The notes under the pieces were generated by a model. The model worked only from the letters and a program-made list of their open reading frames with translations. It made no database searches and was not told the DNA's origin. This document shows positions 10,003 to 18,119 of a stretch of 64,000 bases of DNA, one piece after another. How positions within the stretch are numbered: the first letter of the stretch is position 1; each line of letters opens with the position of its first letter. Source of the stretch: Anaerolineales bacterium (GTDB lineage: Bacteria > Chloroflexota > Anaerolineae > Anaerolineales > Villigracilaceae); contig CP129480.1 of NCBI GenBank assembly GCA_030583885.1, forward strand, positions 2,418,714 to 2,482,713, in the 5' to 3' direction. The position numbers and the translations under genes are program-made.

Positions 10003-10080
10003 GTCATTGCGAGCCGACAGACGAAGCAATCTCCTACTGTTGCCTGGTCATTGCTTCACCGCGACGCGTCTCGCAATGAC
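10003..10080. repeat. REP-like palindromic element (GTCATTGCGAG...CTCGCAATGAC)
   Basis: 11-bp perfect terminal inverted repeat with inner GAAGCAAT/ATTGCTTC arms. Confidence 0.75.
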
Positions 10081-10085
10081 AGGCT

Positions 10086-11111
10086 CTACTTCTCTTTCTC
10101 CCAACGCTGACGGTCTTCCGGCTTGTCGGGGTCGAGATATTTGGGATGCACCTTCTCGAAGACACGATGCCCATGAGCCGTCCACAAATCGGCGGCGAGT
10201 TTCTTCGCATCTGTACGGATACCCTGCGCCGCAAAATACTGACAGATACGGAGCACATCGCGCTGGAAGATGCCCCACGAAGACGGATTCGACTCGGGGA
10301 TGACCACCTGCGGGAAGTCGATTAACTTGATGTCGCCGTCCCAATACAGGATGTTATACGCCGAGAGGTCGCCGTGGATGCGGTCGTTCGCAAGCATGAT
10401 ATCCATGTTGCGGACGACGCGCCCGAAGAGAGGCTGGGCTTCATCAGGGTCGAGTCCAATGTGACTGAGCGGCGGCGCGGCGGTCCCTGCATCGCCGATG
10501 AACTCCATCAGGATGGCATTCTTCTCCTTCGCGTACGGTTTGGGTACATCCGCACCCGCCGCGAACAGTTTCTCCATCGTGACGAATTCATACGCGATCC
10601 ACGAGTGATGACGGACTTCCTCGCCGTAGCGCGTGCGTTTGACGATGGCATTGATATCAGCCTCTTTCCACAGGGCAACGCCGTCTTCGTCCAGATCCGT
10701 GCGACCAACGCGGTATTGCTGGTCATTCTTGAGATTACGCAGAGAGCGCGGACGATAGACCTTGGCAGCCAGAAGCGGCGCATCCACCTCGACGCCGGGC
10801 CTGCACAGATAGACTGAAGCCTCTTTTCCTCCCTTGACGCGGCGCAGGACATCCGAAATCCACTTGTGATCATGGAATGCGGCCAGCGAATCCAACAGCC
10901 ACCACTCCTCGAAACGCGCAGCTTTGTAGGTGAATTGGAATTCCTTCGAGGCTTCCTGCGCGCGGATGAAGAGTTTCGCCTCCATTTCGCGCTTCTTTGA
11001 TTCGCGCTTCTGCGTGACGCGCCTACTGGACGGCTTGGTTCCGTCGCTGGCGAGGTCATCGAGTTCTTCATACAGTTCGTACATGTCTTGCAGATTGTTC
11101 TTTGTATTCAT
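10086..11111 (-). CDS. RIO1-family serine/threonine kinase
   Basis: VKGGKEASVYLC, AAKVYR, VPKPY...ILMEFIG, IHGDLSAYNIL, IDFPQ. Confidence 0.92.
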   Translation of the reverse strand: MNTKNNLQDMYELYEELDDLASDGTKPSSRRVTQKRESKKREMEAKLFIRAQEASKEFQFTYKAARFEEWWLLDSLAAFHDHKWISDVLRRVKGGKEASVYLCRPGVEVDAPLLAAKVYRPRSLRNLKNDQQYRVGRTDLDEDGVALWKEADINAIVKRTRYGEEVRHHSWIAYEFVTMEKLFAAGADVPKPYAKEKNAILMEFIGDAGTAAPPLSHIGLDPDEAQPLFGRVVRNMDIMLANDRIHGDLSAYNILYWDGDIKLIDFPQVVIPESNPSSWGIFQRDVLRICQYFAAQGIRTDAKKLAADLWTAHGHRVFEKVHPKYLDPDKPEDRQRWEKEK

Positions 11112-11132
11112 TGCTGTTGAGTACCTTAAAAC

Positions 11133-11160
11133 AAAAACCACAGGATACGACACCCTGCGG
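11133..11160 (-). terminator. Second leader terminator just upstream of the RIO1 kinase start
   Basis: Minus strand CCGCAGG-GTGTCGTAT-CCTGTGG followed by TTTTTG. Confidence 0.6.
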
Positions 11161-11218
11161 CTGAGTAACGCGAGATAAATCCTTCGATGAACCCAGGACA
11201 AATCTTGCGATACGGGAT

Positions 11219-11248
11219 AAAAAACCGCAGGCGGAGCACGCCTGCGGT
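11219..11248 (-). terminator. First leader terminator downstream of the leader peptide
   Basis: Minus strand ACCGCAGGCG-TGCTC-CGCCTGCGGT followed by a T run. Confidence 0.8.
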
Positions 11249-11269
11249 CGATGGGTCACTTATTGGGAA

Positions 11270-11335
11270 TTACAGCAACTCACGCACAGGAGGCGCGCTG
11301 AACGAATGGACAGTGGTTGACAAGATGGCTTGCAT
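11270..11335 (-). CDS. Putative 21-aa leader peptide MQAILSTTVHSFSAPPVRELL
   Basis: Strong SD AAAGGAGG upstream of ATG; -10-like TATCTT further upstream; followed by terminator hairpins. Confidence 0.55.
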   Translation of the reverse strand: MQAILSTTVHSFSAPPVRELL

Positions 11336-11433
11336 GTTTTCGAGCCTCCTTTCGGTGAAGTAAGATAGTGCAGGGATTTTATGCCAACAATAATTCCACG
11401 TCAAGCCCCAATTTCGCCGTACAATACTCCCTT

Positions 11434-12531
11434 CTATTTGACGTGCAAATCAAAAAACTTTTGAGTTCGCGCCATGAACACAAACCAGGGATCGCCGATG
11501 AAGGAATGTTTCTCGCCTTCATACGCGAAGAGTTCTGCATCCAGCCCAGCTTCGATGAGGGCATTATATATTTTCAATGACCAGACGGGCGGCGCACCCG
11601 AGGAGACCTTTCCATCTTCAGTGCCATACACGATCTGAACCGGTGCGGTGATATGGTCCAAATGATAGAGCGGGGAAAAAGCCCTCAGCATGACAGGATC
11701 CATTGACGCTTTAAAGTAGGCCGCGGTCAGGTCGGGGGGCAGATCCAGAGGAAGAACATCCGAGGAATTACATCCAAAGGCAAGCTCACCGGCGTAGACA
11801 TCCCCAAAACAGCCAGGGCCCCAGCGCTCGATCAGGTCGGCAAAATCACCGCTGACGGAATTATACAGGACCGCCGCCTTTACGCGGGAATCAACCGTCA
11901 GTACCTTGAGCGTCACTCCCCCTCCCATGCTGTGACCCCACATGCCGATGCGTTCGGGGTCAGCCTGCGGGATGGAGGGGATGGCGTTCAGTAAATTGAT
12001 GACGTCAATTGCGAGCCCGGAGTAAAACAGACTTTCACCCGTATCGGAGTCACCCCAACTGCGGTAATCGGAGGAGATCGTCAGATAACCACGGCGGTTA
12101 AGGAACTCAGCGGCACGATCTGTACCGTCGCCCGAAACATAGACCGTGCGCGAGAAGAAGCCGTGGTTCATAACCACAACCGGATACGGCGGCTCGCCAC
12201 TGGTGGGGATTTGTAAAATGCCGCTGATAGTCAATCCGTCGCTCGGGTATTCGATCAAATAGCGGGTGAAGTTATGTGATTCCAGAAGCGTCTCACGGAT
12301 GACGATCTCCCCGCTTTTATAATCATGTTCACGCAATCCAGCGATCGTGTAGGGCCGAATCGCATCTTCAGTGGTTCGCGTGGCAGTCGGGACCGGCGTG
12401 TATGTTGGGATCAACGTGGCAGGGATAATGGTCACATTGGGAGGCGGCAGCGTCCCTGCTGCCGGCGAGGCGGGCACGGAGGTACACGCCGCAATAAAAA
12501 CAAAAAGGAACAGGCGGAGGCACTGTTTCAT
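11434..12531 (-). CDS. Alpha/beta-hydrolase lipoprotein (S9/dienelactone hydrolase-like)
   Basis: Lipobox IAAC, NHGF, GMWGHSMGG nucleophile, VYGTED, EKHSF. Confidence 0.85.
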   Translation of the reverse strand: MKQCLRLFLFVFIAACTSVPASPAAGTLPPPNVTIIPATLIPTYTPVPTATRTTEDAIRPYTIAGLREHDYKSGEIVIRETLLESHNFTRYLIEYPSDGLTISGILQIPTSGEPPYPVVVMNHGFFSRTVYVSGDGTDRAAEFLNRRGYLTISSDYRSWGDSDTGESLFYSGLAIDVINLLNAIPSIPQADPERIGMWGHSMGGGVTLKVLTVDSRVKAAVLYNSVSGDFADLIERWGPGCFGDVYAGELAFGCNSSDVLPLDLPPDLTAAYFKASMDPVMLRAFSPLYHLDHITAPVQIVYGTEDGKVSSGAPPVWSLKIYNALIEAGLDAELFAYEGEKHSFIGDPWFVFMARTQKFFDLHVK

Positions 12532-12543
12532 GTCCTGATTGTA

Positions 12544-12774
12544 TCAACAATTTCCGTCATACTCCCGGACTTGCCCCCACAGCCCCTCCGCGGAAGCAGC
12601 CTCCGCCGTGTTCAACAAATGAATGGTGGCGGACTCGGCCACGAACGCCTCTCCGCACTGAGGACAAATCTGTGCGGGCACGTGATGCACGGTAAAGTTC
12701 ATCTCTCCACGTTCAAAAGAAATGGAGGTAAGGCCGTCCACAAGGACGGCTTGTCTGCAAATTAAACAGTTCAT
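12544..12774 (-). CDS. YgiT-type zinc-finger protein (MqsA-like N-terminal domain); start uncertain
   Basis: MNCLIC...VHHVPAQICPQCGEAF two CxxC pairs; no HTH domain. Confidence 0.75.
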   Translation of the reverse strand: MNCLICRQAVLVDGLTSISFERGEMNFTVHHVPAQICPQCGEAFVAESATIHLLNTAEAASAEGLWGQVREYDGNC

Positions 12775-12827
12775 CGGCTTATTAGGGAGGCCTTGGCGCA
12801 CTCCGGGCCCCTGGCGTTTAACAGCCA

Positions 12828-13109
12828 TCACCTGCGGCTCCGAAAATCTTTTTTCCATTTATGCGGGTCAGGTATGTAAACCGTGATGATCGTGATCACA
12901 TTCGTTTGGATATTCTCGGATGTCACGACATGAAACGGGCGTCTGCCCTGATAGCCCATTACCAAACCGCCCGGCTGCGGCATTTCGGCCGAATAATCTT
13001 CGAGCACATCCCCTGCACCCAGTGCCCTGCGCACCTTGCTGACGGAAATTTCACGTTCAAACATTCGCTGGACAGCATGGGCACGAAACAGGAGGACGGG
13101 GATTGTCAC
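12828..13109 (-). CDS. DUF4258-type protein (putative RelE-like toxin partner)
   Basis: FRAHAVQRMFEREIS...EDY...GRRPFHVV...ITVYIPDPHKW pattern; directly upstream of YgiT finger. Confidence 0.7.
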   Translation of the reverse strand: MTIPVLLFRAHAVQRMFEREISVSKVRRALGAGDVLEDYSAEMPQPGGLVMGYQGRRPFHVVTSENIQTNVITIITVYIPDPHKWKKDFRSRR

Positions 13110-13274
13110 GACTAGGATTATAAGCGTAAATGACGAGGTTCATATCAACCTATTTGGCTACGCGCAAGAAAGAGGGGCAGACAGGCATTTAAACTTATGT
13201 AGATTGTTATGACTTTCGTCAATTGCACGCCGTCTTCTTTCAGACCTATACTGAAAACAAAAGAAGGAGATGAA

Positions 13275-14144
13275 ATGTCCGAACCTCGCAAGAAAATCGC
13301 CCTGCCCTATCTCTTCGAAAAGGTAAAAAAAGGCGAGCCGATCACCTGGCTGACCTGCTACGATTACCCGACCGCCTATTTGCAGGAACAGGCGGGCATC
13401 GAGATGATTCTGGTCGGCGACAGCCTCGGCATGACCATGCTCGGCTACGACTCCACCCTGCCCGTCAAAATGGACGACATGATCCGCCACACGCAAGCCG
13501 TCCGCCGCGGCGCGCCCACCGCCTTCCTCGTCGGCGACATGCCCTATATGACCTATCAGACTTCCGTGCAGGACGCCATCCGTAACGCTGGCAGGTTCAT
13601 GTCTGAGGCGGGTTGCGACGCCATTAAACTGGAGGGCGGCGTGGCCATGGCGGACCGCATGAAAGGGATCGTGGACGCGGGCATCCCTGCCATCGGTCAC
13701 CTTGGTTTGACGCCTCAATCTGTCTCCGCCCTAGGCGGATTCCGGTTGCAAGGAAAATCCGCCTCGCTAGCAAAAAAGATCATGGACGACGCCAAAGCCC
13801 TAGAGCAGGCGGGTGCCTTCTGCATCCTACTCGAACTCGTCCCCGACCGTCTTTGCCAATTGATCACCGAGCTTGCCGAGAACTGCATCATCATGGGGCT
13901 CGGTTCAGGCCCGCATGCGCACGGCCAGCTGCTCATCTATCACGATATGTTTGGGTTGTACCCCAAGTTCAAGCCAAAGATGGCAAAGGTCTATGGCAAT
14001 GCAGGCGAGGTCATCCTCAATGGGCTGAAGGCGTATCATGATGAGGTCATTGCCCAAAAATTCCCGCAAGCAGAAAACTGGTTTGGCATGCCGGATGAGG
14101 AATTTGAAGAATTAAAGGGAATGCTCCACCAAATCAAGTCTTGA
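13275..14144 (+). CDS. panB: 3-methyl-2-oxobutanoate hydroxymethyltransferase
   Basis: LTCYDY, ILVGDSLGM, VGDMPY, AIKLEGG, GHLGLTPQ, GQLLIYHDMFG. Confidence 0.92.
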   Translation: MSEPRKKIALPYLFEKVKKGEPITWLTCYDYPTAYLQEQAGIEMILVGDSLGMTMLGYDSTLPVKMDDMIRHTQAVRRGAPTAFLVGDMPYMTYQTSVQDAIRNAGRFMSEAGCDAIKLEGGVAMADRMKGIVDAGIPAIGHLGLTPQSVSALGGFRLQGKSASLAKKIMDDAKALEQAGAFCILLELVPDRLCQLITELAENCIIMGLGSGPHAHGQLLIYHDMFGLYPKFKPKMAKVYGNAGEVILNGLKAYHDEVIAQKFPQAENWFGMPDEEFEELKGMLHQIKS

Positions 14145-14164
14145 GCAGACCCAGAGGAGAAATC

Positions 14165-15427
14165 ATGAACGAACTGCAAAAGTTGCTTAAAATCTCACCC
14201 GACAAACTCAAAGCCTTCAACTCCGTTCTGCTTGACCCTGATTCGCAGGTCATGAAGGATTTCTTCGCCGTGGTCGCAAAGTACGGCACACCGCAGGAGA
14301 TCAACCGCAAGCACCGCACCGCGCGTAAAATGGAAAACCTTTTCAAGCTGGTTGAAGAGAAAAACCCCGACGCACTTCAGGATTTGAAATGGCTGATCGA
14401 ACAGCGCGACCGGAGCGCCTTCATTTCGGTGGCTGAATACCGGCGCAATACATTGGGTGCCGCCGCGGACACAATGAAGTTCAAGGATAAATATGCGGTC
14501 ACACTCGAAGTCTCCGCCCTGCAATACTTCCCGTGGGTGCGCATCATGGCGGAACAAGCCATTGCCAATAAAACGCTTGTTCCCGGACGTTTCATCGCTG
14601 TCCGCAAGATGAAGGAATCGGAGGCCGATGGCGACCTGCCTGCCATTGTTGCCGCCATGGATATCATCGGTGCGTCCTTTGTCGAAACGCTGGACACAAA
14701 AGGTACAGACGGATCCAACCCACATCTCGGCGGCCCGGCCACCATCACCGGCTACTTCGGCGGCATTGGTCAGCCCAATGAACATGCGCTCATGTGGCTC
14801 GACGAGTTTCTGTACTATTACACAAACTACGGCGTCCAGCATGTGCTGAACTTCAATGCCGGCACTATCCTGCTCGGCTTCCTGCTCCACCGTATTGGCG
14901 TTAATATTCAGTTTAAGATCTCGGTCTTCTTCGGTTCGGACAACCCATATCACGCGTTGTGGATCATGACCATGGCCAAACTGTTCAGCCGTGATGATGG
15001 GACGAGTCCGCTGATCGGCTTCAACTGGTCGAACTCGATCAACAACCAGACCATGGAATTGACAGCCGAATTCCGCAAAGCCCTTGGCTTTGAAAAGGTT
15101 GTCCGCTTCGAGCACCACATCACCGAGACGTGGAAGAGCATCGTCATCCAACCGTATAACCGCCGTGATGAACTGGTGCAGATCGCCGGCCATGTGGCGA
15201 ACATTGCCGCCAAGCACGAAGGCGGAGACCCTGAAGTGGAGCAAACCCTTGAACACCCGTCCGATATCCTTGACTACTTCCGTGAGAAGAAGGAAGTCAT
15301 CGAAAGCGGCGATTGGGGTCACCTGCAACGCAACTTCATGGAAAAAGTGCGTGCAACGAATCACTCCGCCAGCGATCTGACTCGGGCGGGGTTGAGCTTC
15401 ATCGCGGCCAATAATCTTCACAAGTAA
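14165..15427 (+). CDS. Hypothetical 421-aa soluble protein coupled to panB
   Basis: Long ORF with host-like codon usage, GAGGAGA RBS overlapping the panB stop; no family recognised. Confidence 0.8.
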   Translation: MNELQKLLKISPDKLKAFNSVLLDPDSQVMKDFFAVVAKYGTPQEINRKHRTARKMENLFKLVEEKNPDALQDLKWLIEQRDRSAFISVAEYRRNTLGAAADTMKFKDKYAVTLEVSALQYFPWVRIMAEQAIANKTLVPGRFIAVRKMKESEADGDLPAIVAAMDIIGASFVETLDTKGTDGSNPHLGGPATITGYFGGIGQPNEHALMWLDEFLYYYTNYGVQHVLNFNAGTILLGFLLHRIGVNIQFKISVFFGSDNPYHALWIMTMAKLFSRDDGTSPLIGFNWSNSINNQTMELTAEFRKALGFEKVVRFEHHITETWKSIVIQPYNRRDELVQIAGHVANIAAKHEGGDPEVEQTLEHPSDILDYFREKKEVIESGDWGHLQRNFMEKVRATNHSASDLTRAGLSFIAANNLHK

Positions 15428-15442
15428 GTACGCAAATAAAAT

Positions 15443-15480
15443 AACAAGCCCGACGCAGTGCTTGTCGGGCTTGTTTGCTT
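15443..15480 (+). terminator. Intrinsic terminator after the panB operon
   Basis: AACAAGCCCGAC-GCAGTGCTT-GTCGGGCTTGTT then T-rich. Confidence 0.7.
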
Positions 15481-15583
15481 TTCAATCTGTAGAGTCAAAC
15501 CATTACAAACGTGGCGCTTTCCATTTCCGGATGACCTCATCGAAGGAGGACCGATCTTCTTCCCGTGTCACTCCAGCTGGCAC

Positions 15584-16261
15584 TCATACCGGTATCGTAA
15601 AGAAGAACGAACTCCCGCGATCTTCCACACTCTCGAACCAGGTCTCGCCGTCGTGCAGGTCAATGATATGCTCGACGATCTTCAACCCGATGCCAAATCC
15701 AAGGCGCGGGTCGTCCTTGTCGTCCAGAATCGTCTCGAATGGCTCGAAAACCAGTTCCTGTTTTTCCTCAGGGATTCCTGCCCCCGTGTCGCTGACCTCG
15801 AACAGAATATTTTGCGACTCCCGTGTCACACGGATGGTGATCGTGCCGCCCTCGGTGAATTTGACCGCATTATGGATGTAATGCAACAACGCCTGCGAGA
15901 GCCGTTCTGCATCCGCCTCGATGGACGGCAGGTTCCCTGCAATCTCATCCTCCAAACGCAAGCCAGGCTTGCTGTCCGTCAACCGGCCGGCAATGGTCAA
16001 CACGCCATCCATCACGGCATATATATCCACTTCCTCCAGGTTTAATTCCATTCTGCCTGTCACGGCCTGGGCGTAATCATGGAAATCGTTTACCTGCACA
16101 ACCATCGGCATCAGCGCGGCAAGGATATGCTCTATGGGAGAGTCGTACCCTTCAAGTTCCTCGATTCTATACAGCTCATTGACGTTCTTCCTAATATCCC
16201 CAAGTCCGTCACGGAAGTAAGTGGACATGCGATGCAAGAATTCCTTTTGTTTTTCACCCAT
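15584..16261 (-). CDS. Histidine-kinase-like protein (HATPase_c) with degenerate dimerisation/phosphoacceptor region
   Basis: N box IHNAVKFT, G1 VSDTGAGI, F box VFEPF, G2 GFGIGL; no H-box His recognised. Confidence 0.8.
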   Translation of the reverse strand: MGEKQKEFLHRMSTYFRDGLGDIRKNVNELYRIEELEGYDSPIEHILAALMPMVVQVNDFHDYAQAVTGRMELNLEEVDIYAVMDGVLTIAGRLTDSKPGLRLEDEIAGNLPSIEADAERLSQALLHYIHNAVKFTEGGTITIRVTRESQNILFEVSDTGAGIPEEKQELVFEPFETILDDKDDPRLGFGIGLKIVEHIIDLHDGETWFESVEDRGSSFFFTIPV

Positions 16262-16298
16262 ATATGCCCATCCCTGAGATACGGTCTTGTACAACTGC

Positions 16299-17789
16299 CT
16301 ACTTTAAAGCAGGCCTTAATGACGGTAACCATAAGAGCTTGAAAACGAACCTGACAAACAAGGACAAGCTCAACACGATGGCCCAGTCAATTGCAAAGAC
16401 GCTGCGCGGAAAATTTTCAATCAGTCCAAGGGAGTAAATCGAGTACACAACGCCTGCCACCGCCAGCGAAGCAGTGGTGACCGAAACAAGAACTGGTTTT
16501 GCCGCCTGTAAAAATGTCCCCTGCAGGACTGCCGGATTAAGACTGTTAAAGTACGTGGAAAAGATCGTCCGCAGGAGAAAGGCAGACCAGAACATAATCT
16601 GCGCTGTGGACCAATATTGGTTGAACTGCCTGCCATCGCCAAAACGAAAACGGAACGTTATATAAACGGAAAGTGCAATGATGGCAAGATCAATTATAAG
16701 AAGCCGCATGCTCACGCGTTGAAGCGTTTTCCTTAACCACCGCCGCAGGGGTGAGTCAACGTAAAAATGGGAGACCAGCCCAATCGAAATTATCAATGGT
16801 AAAAACGTTACTTCAAAGACGGCACGCGGGTTCGCAAGGGATGATCCCTCCAATGCGCGCTCATACAGCCAGGCAATTGGGACGTGCAGAATGTACACTG
16901 CATAGGATATTTCCCCCAAGTTGACCAGCACAGGACGATTGAGGAAATTTGAAAGGCGCGACTTGTCCATTGCAAGGGAAACGATAATAAGAACCAAGAC
17001 GGGGGCGAGTAATCCAGCCATAGGCTGAAGGTCATGAGGCAAGGCAGGATAGTAGACCGTGCTTGCAACGGTATATGATGCGGCGAGAAAAATGCTGCCC
17101 CCCAGCACCAAAAGAATGATGACGGGCTTTATCTCCTGCTGGCGGCCCTCGCGCAGATACCAAATGCCGCCCACCACACCCATAATGAATGAATTGAGGT
17201 GAAAAATGGGAGAGTAGACGATAAAGCCGAGATGCTCCGGAATGTAGCCGATCCACAATATGTCATAAATCACCTGGCTGAAAACCCAGAGAATAACCGC
17301 AGTCCACACCAATTTCCGGGTGGATTGACGATATGCCCACAAGACGAAAAATGGAAAAATAGTGTAAAAGAAAAATTCAACCGTCAGGGACCACGACGCG
17401 TAATTAAAGGATTGAGACCAGGCGGGGAACCAGGCTTGCAGGACGAAAATATTCGCAAGAATCTTTTGAGGTTTGATCGCGAAAACACCGTCAATATAGT
17501 AATAACAGATCAGTAGAAAGGCGATGATGTAAAGGGGATAGATACGGATAAAACGAGCGCGCCAATACCCGCCGATGTCAAATTTCTCATTCGGGCGGAA
17601 ATACACCAGCGACATGACAAACCCGGAAAGCACATACAAATATCCCACACCTGTCGGCGCCGCCCGCAGCAGGGCGGAGATTGCCGGGCTGTTTACGAAG
17701 GATATATAAAAACCTGCCGTGCCGTGATAGAACAGCACCAACAGAATGATGGCAAAACGCGTAAAAGTTAATTGATCGAGCCTTTTCAT
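16299..17789 (-). CDS. Acyltransferase-3 (OafA-like) membrane O-acyltransferase with C-terminal PglF/CapD-like membrane domain
   Basis: LTFTRF, GVGYLYVLSGFV, RARFIRIYPL, WSLTVEFFFY, LGEISYAVYILH; tail with FPRSVFAIDW. Confidence 0.8.
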   Translation of the reverse strand: MKRLDQLTFTRFAIILLVLFYHGTAGFYISFVNSPAISALLRAAPTGVGYLYVLSGFVMSLVYFRPNEKFDIGGYWRARFIRIYPLYIIAFLLICYYYIDGVFAIKPQKILANIFVLQAWFPAWSQSFNYASWSLTVEFFFYTIFPFFVLWAYRQSTRKLVWTAVILWVFSQVIYDILWIGYIPEHLGFIVYSPIFHLNSFIMGVVGGIWYLREGRQQEIKPVIILLVLGGSIFLAASYTVASTVYYPALPHDLQPMAGLLAPVLVLIIVSLAMDKSRLSNFLNRPVLVNLGEISYAVYILHVPIAWLYERALEGSSLANPRAVFEVTFLPLIISIGLVSHFYVDSPLRRWLRKTLQRVSMRLLIIDLAIIALSVYITFRFRFGDGRQFNQYWSTAQIMFWSAFLLRTIFSTYFNSLNPAVLQGTFLQAAKPVLVSVTTASLAVAGVVYSIYSLGLIENFPRSVFAIDWAIVLSLSLFVRFVFKLLWLPSLRPALK

Positions 17790-17825
17790 ATATCCTCGGA
17801 AGGAAATCCACCCTATTCTACTAGA

Positions 17826-17856
17826 AAAAGCCGGGCTGATTCTTATCAGCCCGGCT
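17826..17856 (-). terminator. Intrinsic terminator after the focA-lrp pair
   Basis: AGCCGGGCTGAT-TCTT-ATCAGCCCGGCT with a U-tract on the minus strand. Confidence 0.75.
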
Positions 17857-17873
17857 GTCCGTGATTTATCTTT

Positions 17874-18104
17874 TTACACGTCCACGGCGAGGCAGGTCAG
17901 CGTCTGTTCGACGCCGGGGATGGGCTGGATCTCCAACGCGGTAATCCTGCCAAGTTTGGCAATGTCGGATGTCTCCACAACGGCAACCGCATCATACGGG
18001 CCAAAGGTCATGTGCGCTTCAATCACGCCATCTATATTGCGGAGATGGGCAACCACGTCTTTTACATCACCAGCTCGGATCTTGATCAGGACATATGCTT
18101 TCAT
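17874..18104 (-). CDS. Stand-alone Lrp/AsnC ligand-binding (RAM) domain protein
   Basis: MKAYVLI...TFGPYDAVAVVE...IPGVEQTLT. Confidence 0.85.
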   Translation of the reverse strand: MKAYVLIKIRAGDVKDVVAHLRNIDGVIEAHMTFGPYDAVAVVETSDIAKLGRITALEIQPIPGVEQTLTCLAVDV

Positions 18105-18119
18105 GGCAACTCCTTTTGT

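Noticed and set aside
15503-15583. In-frame 26-codon extension after the kinase TGA (possible selenocysteine read-through)
   Set aside because: The kinase domain is complete at FFFTIPV, the extension has no recognisable motif, and no convincing SECIS is seen.
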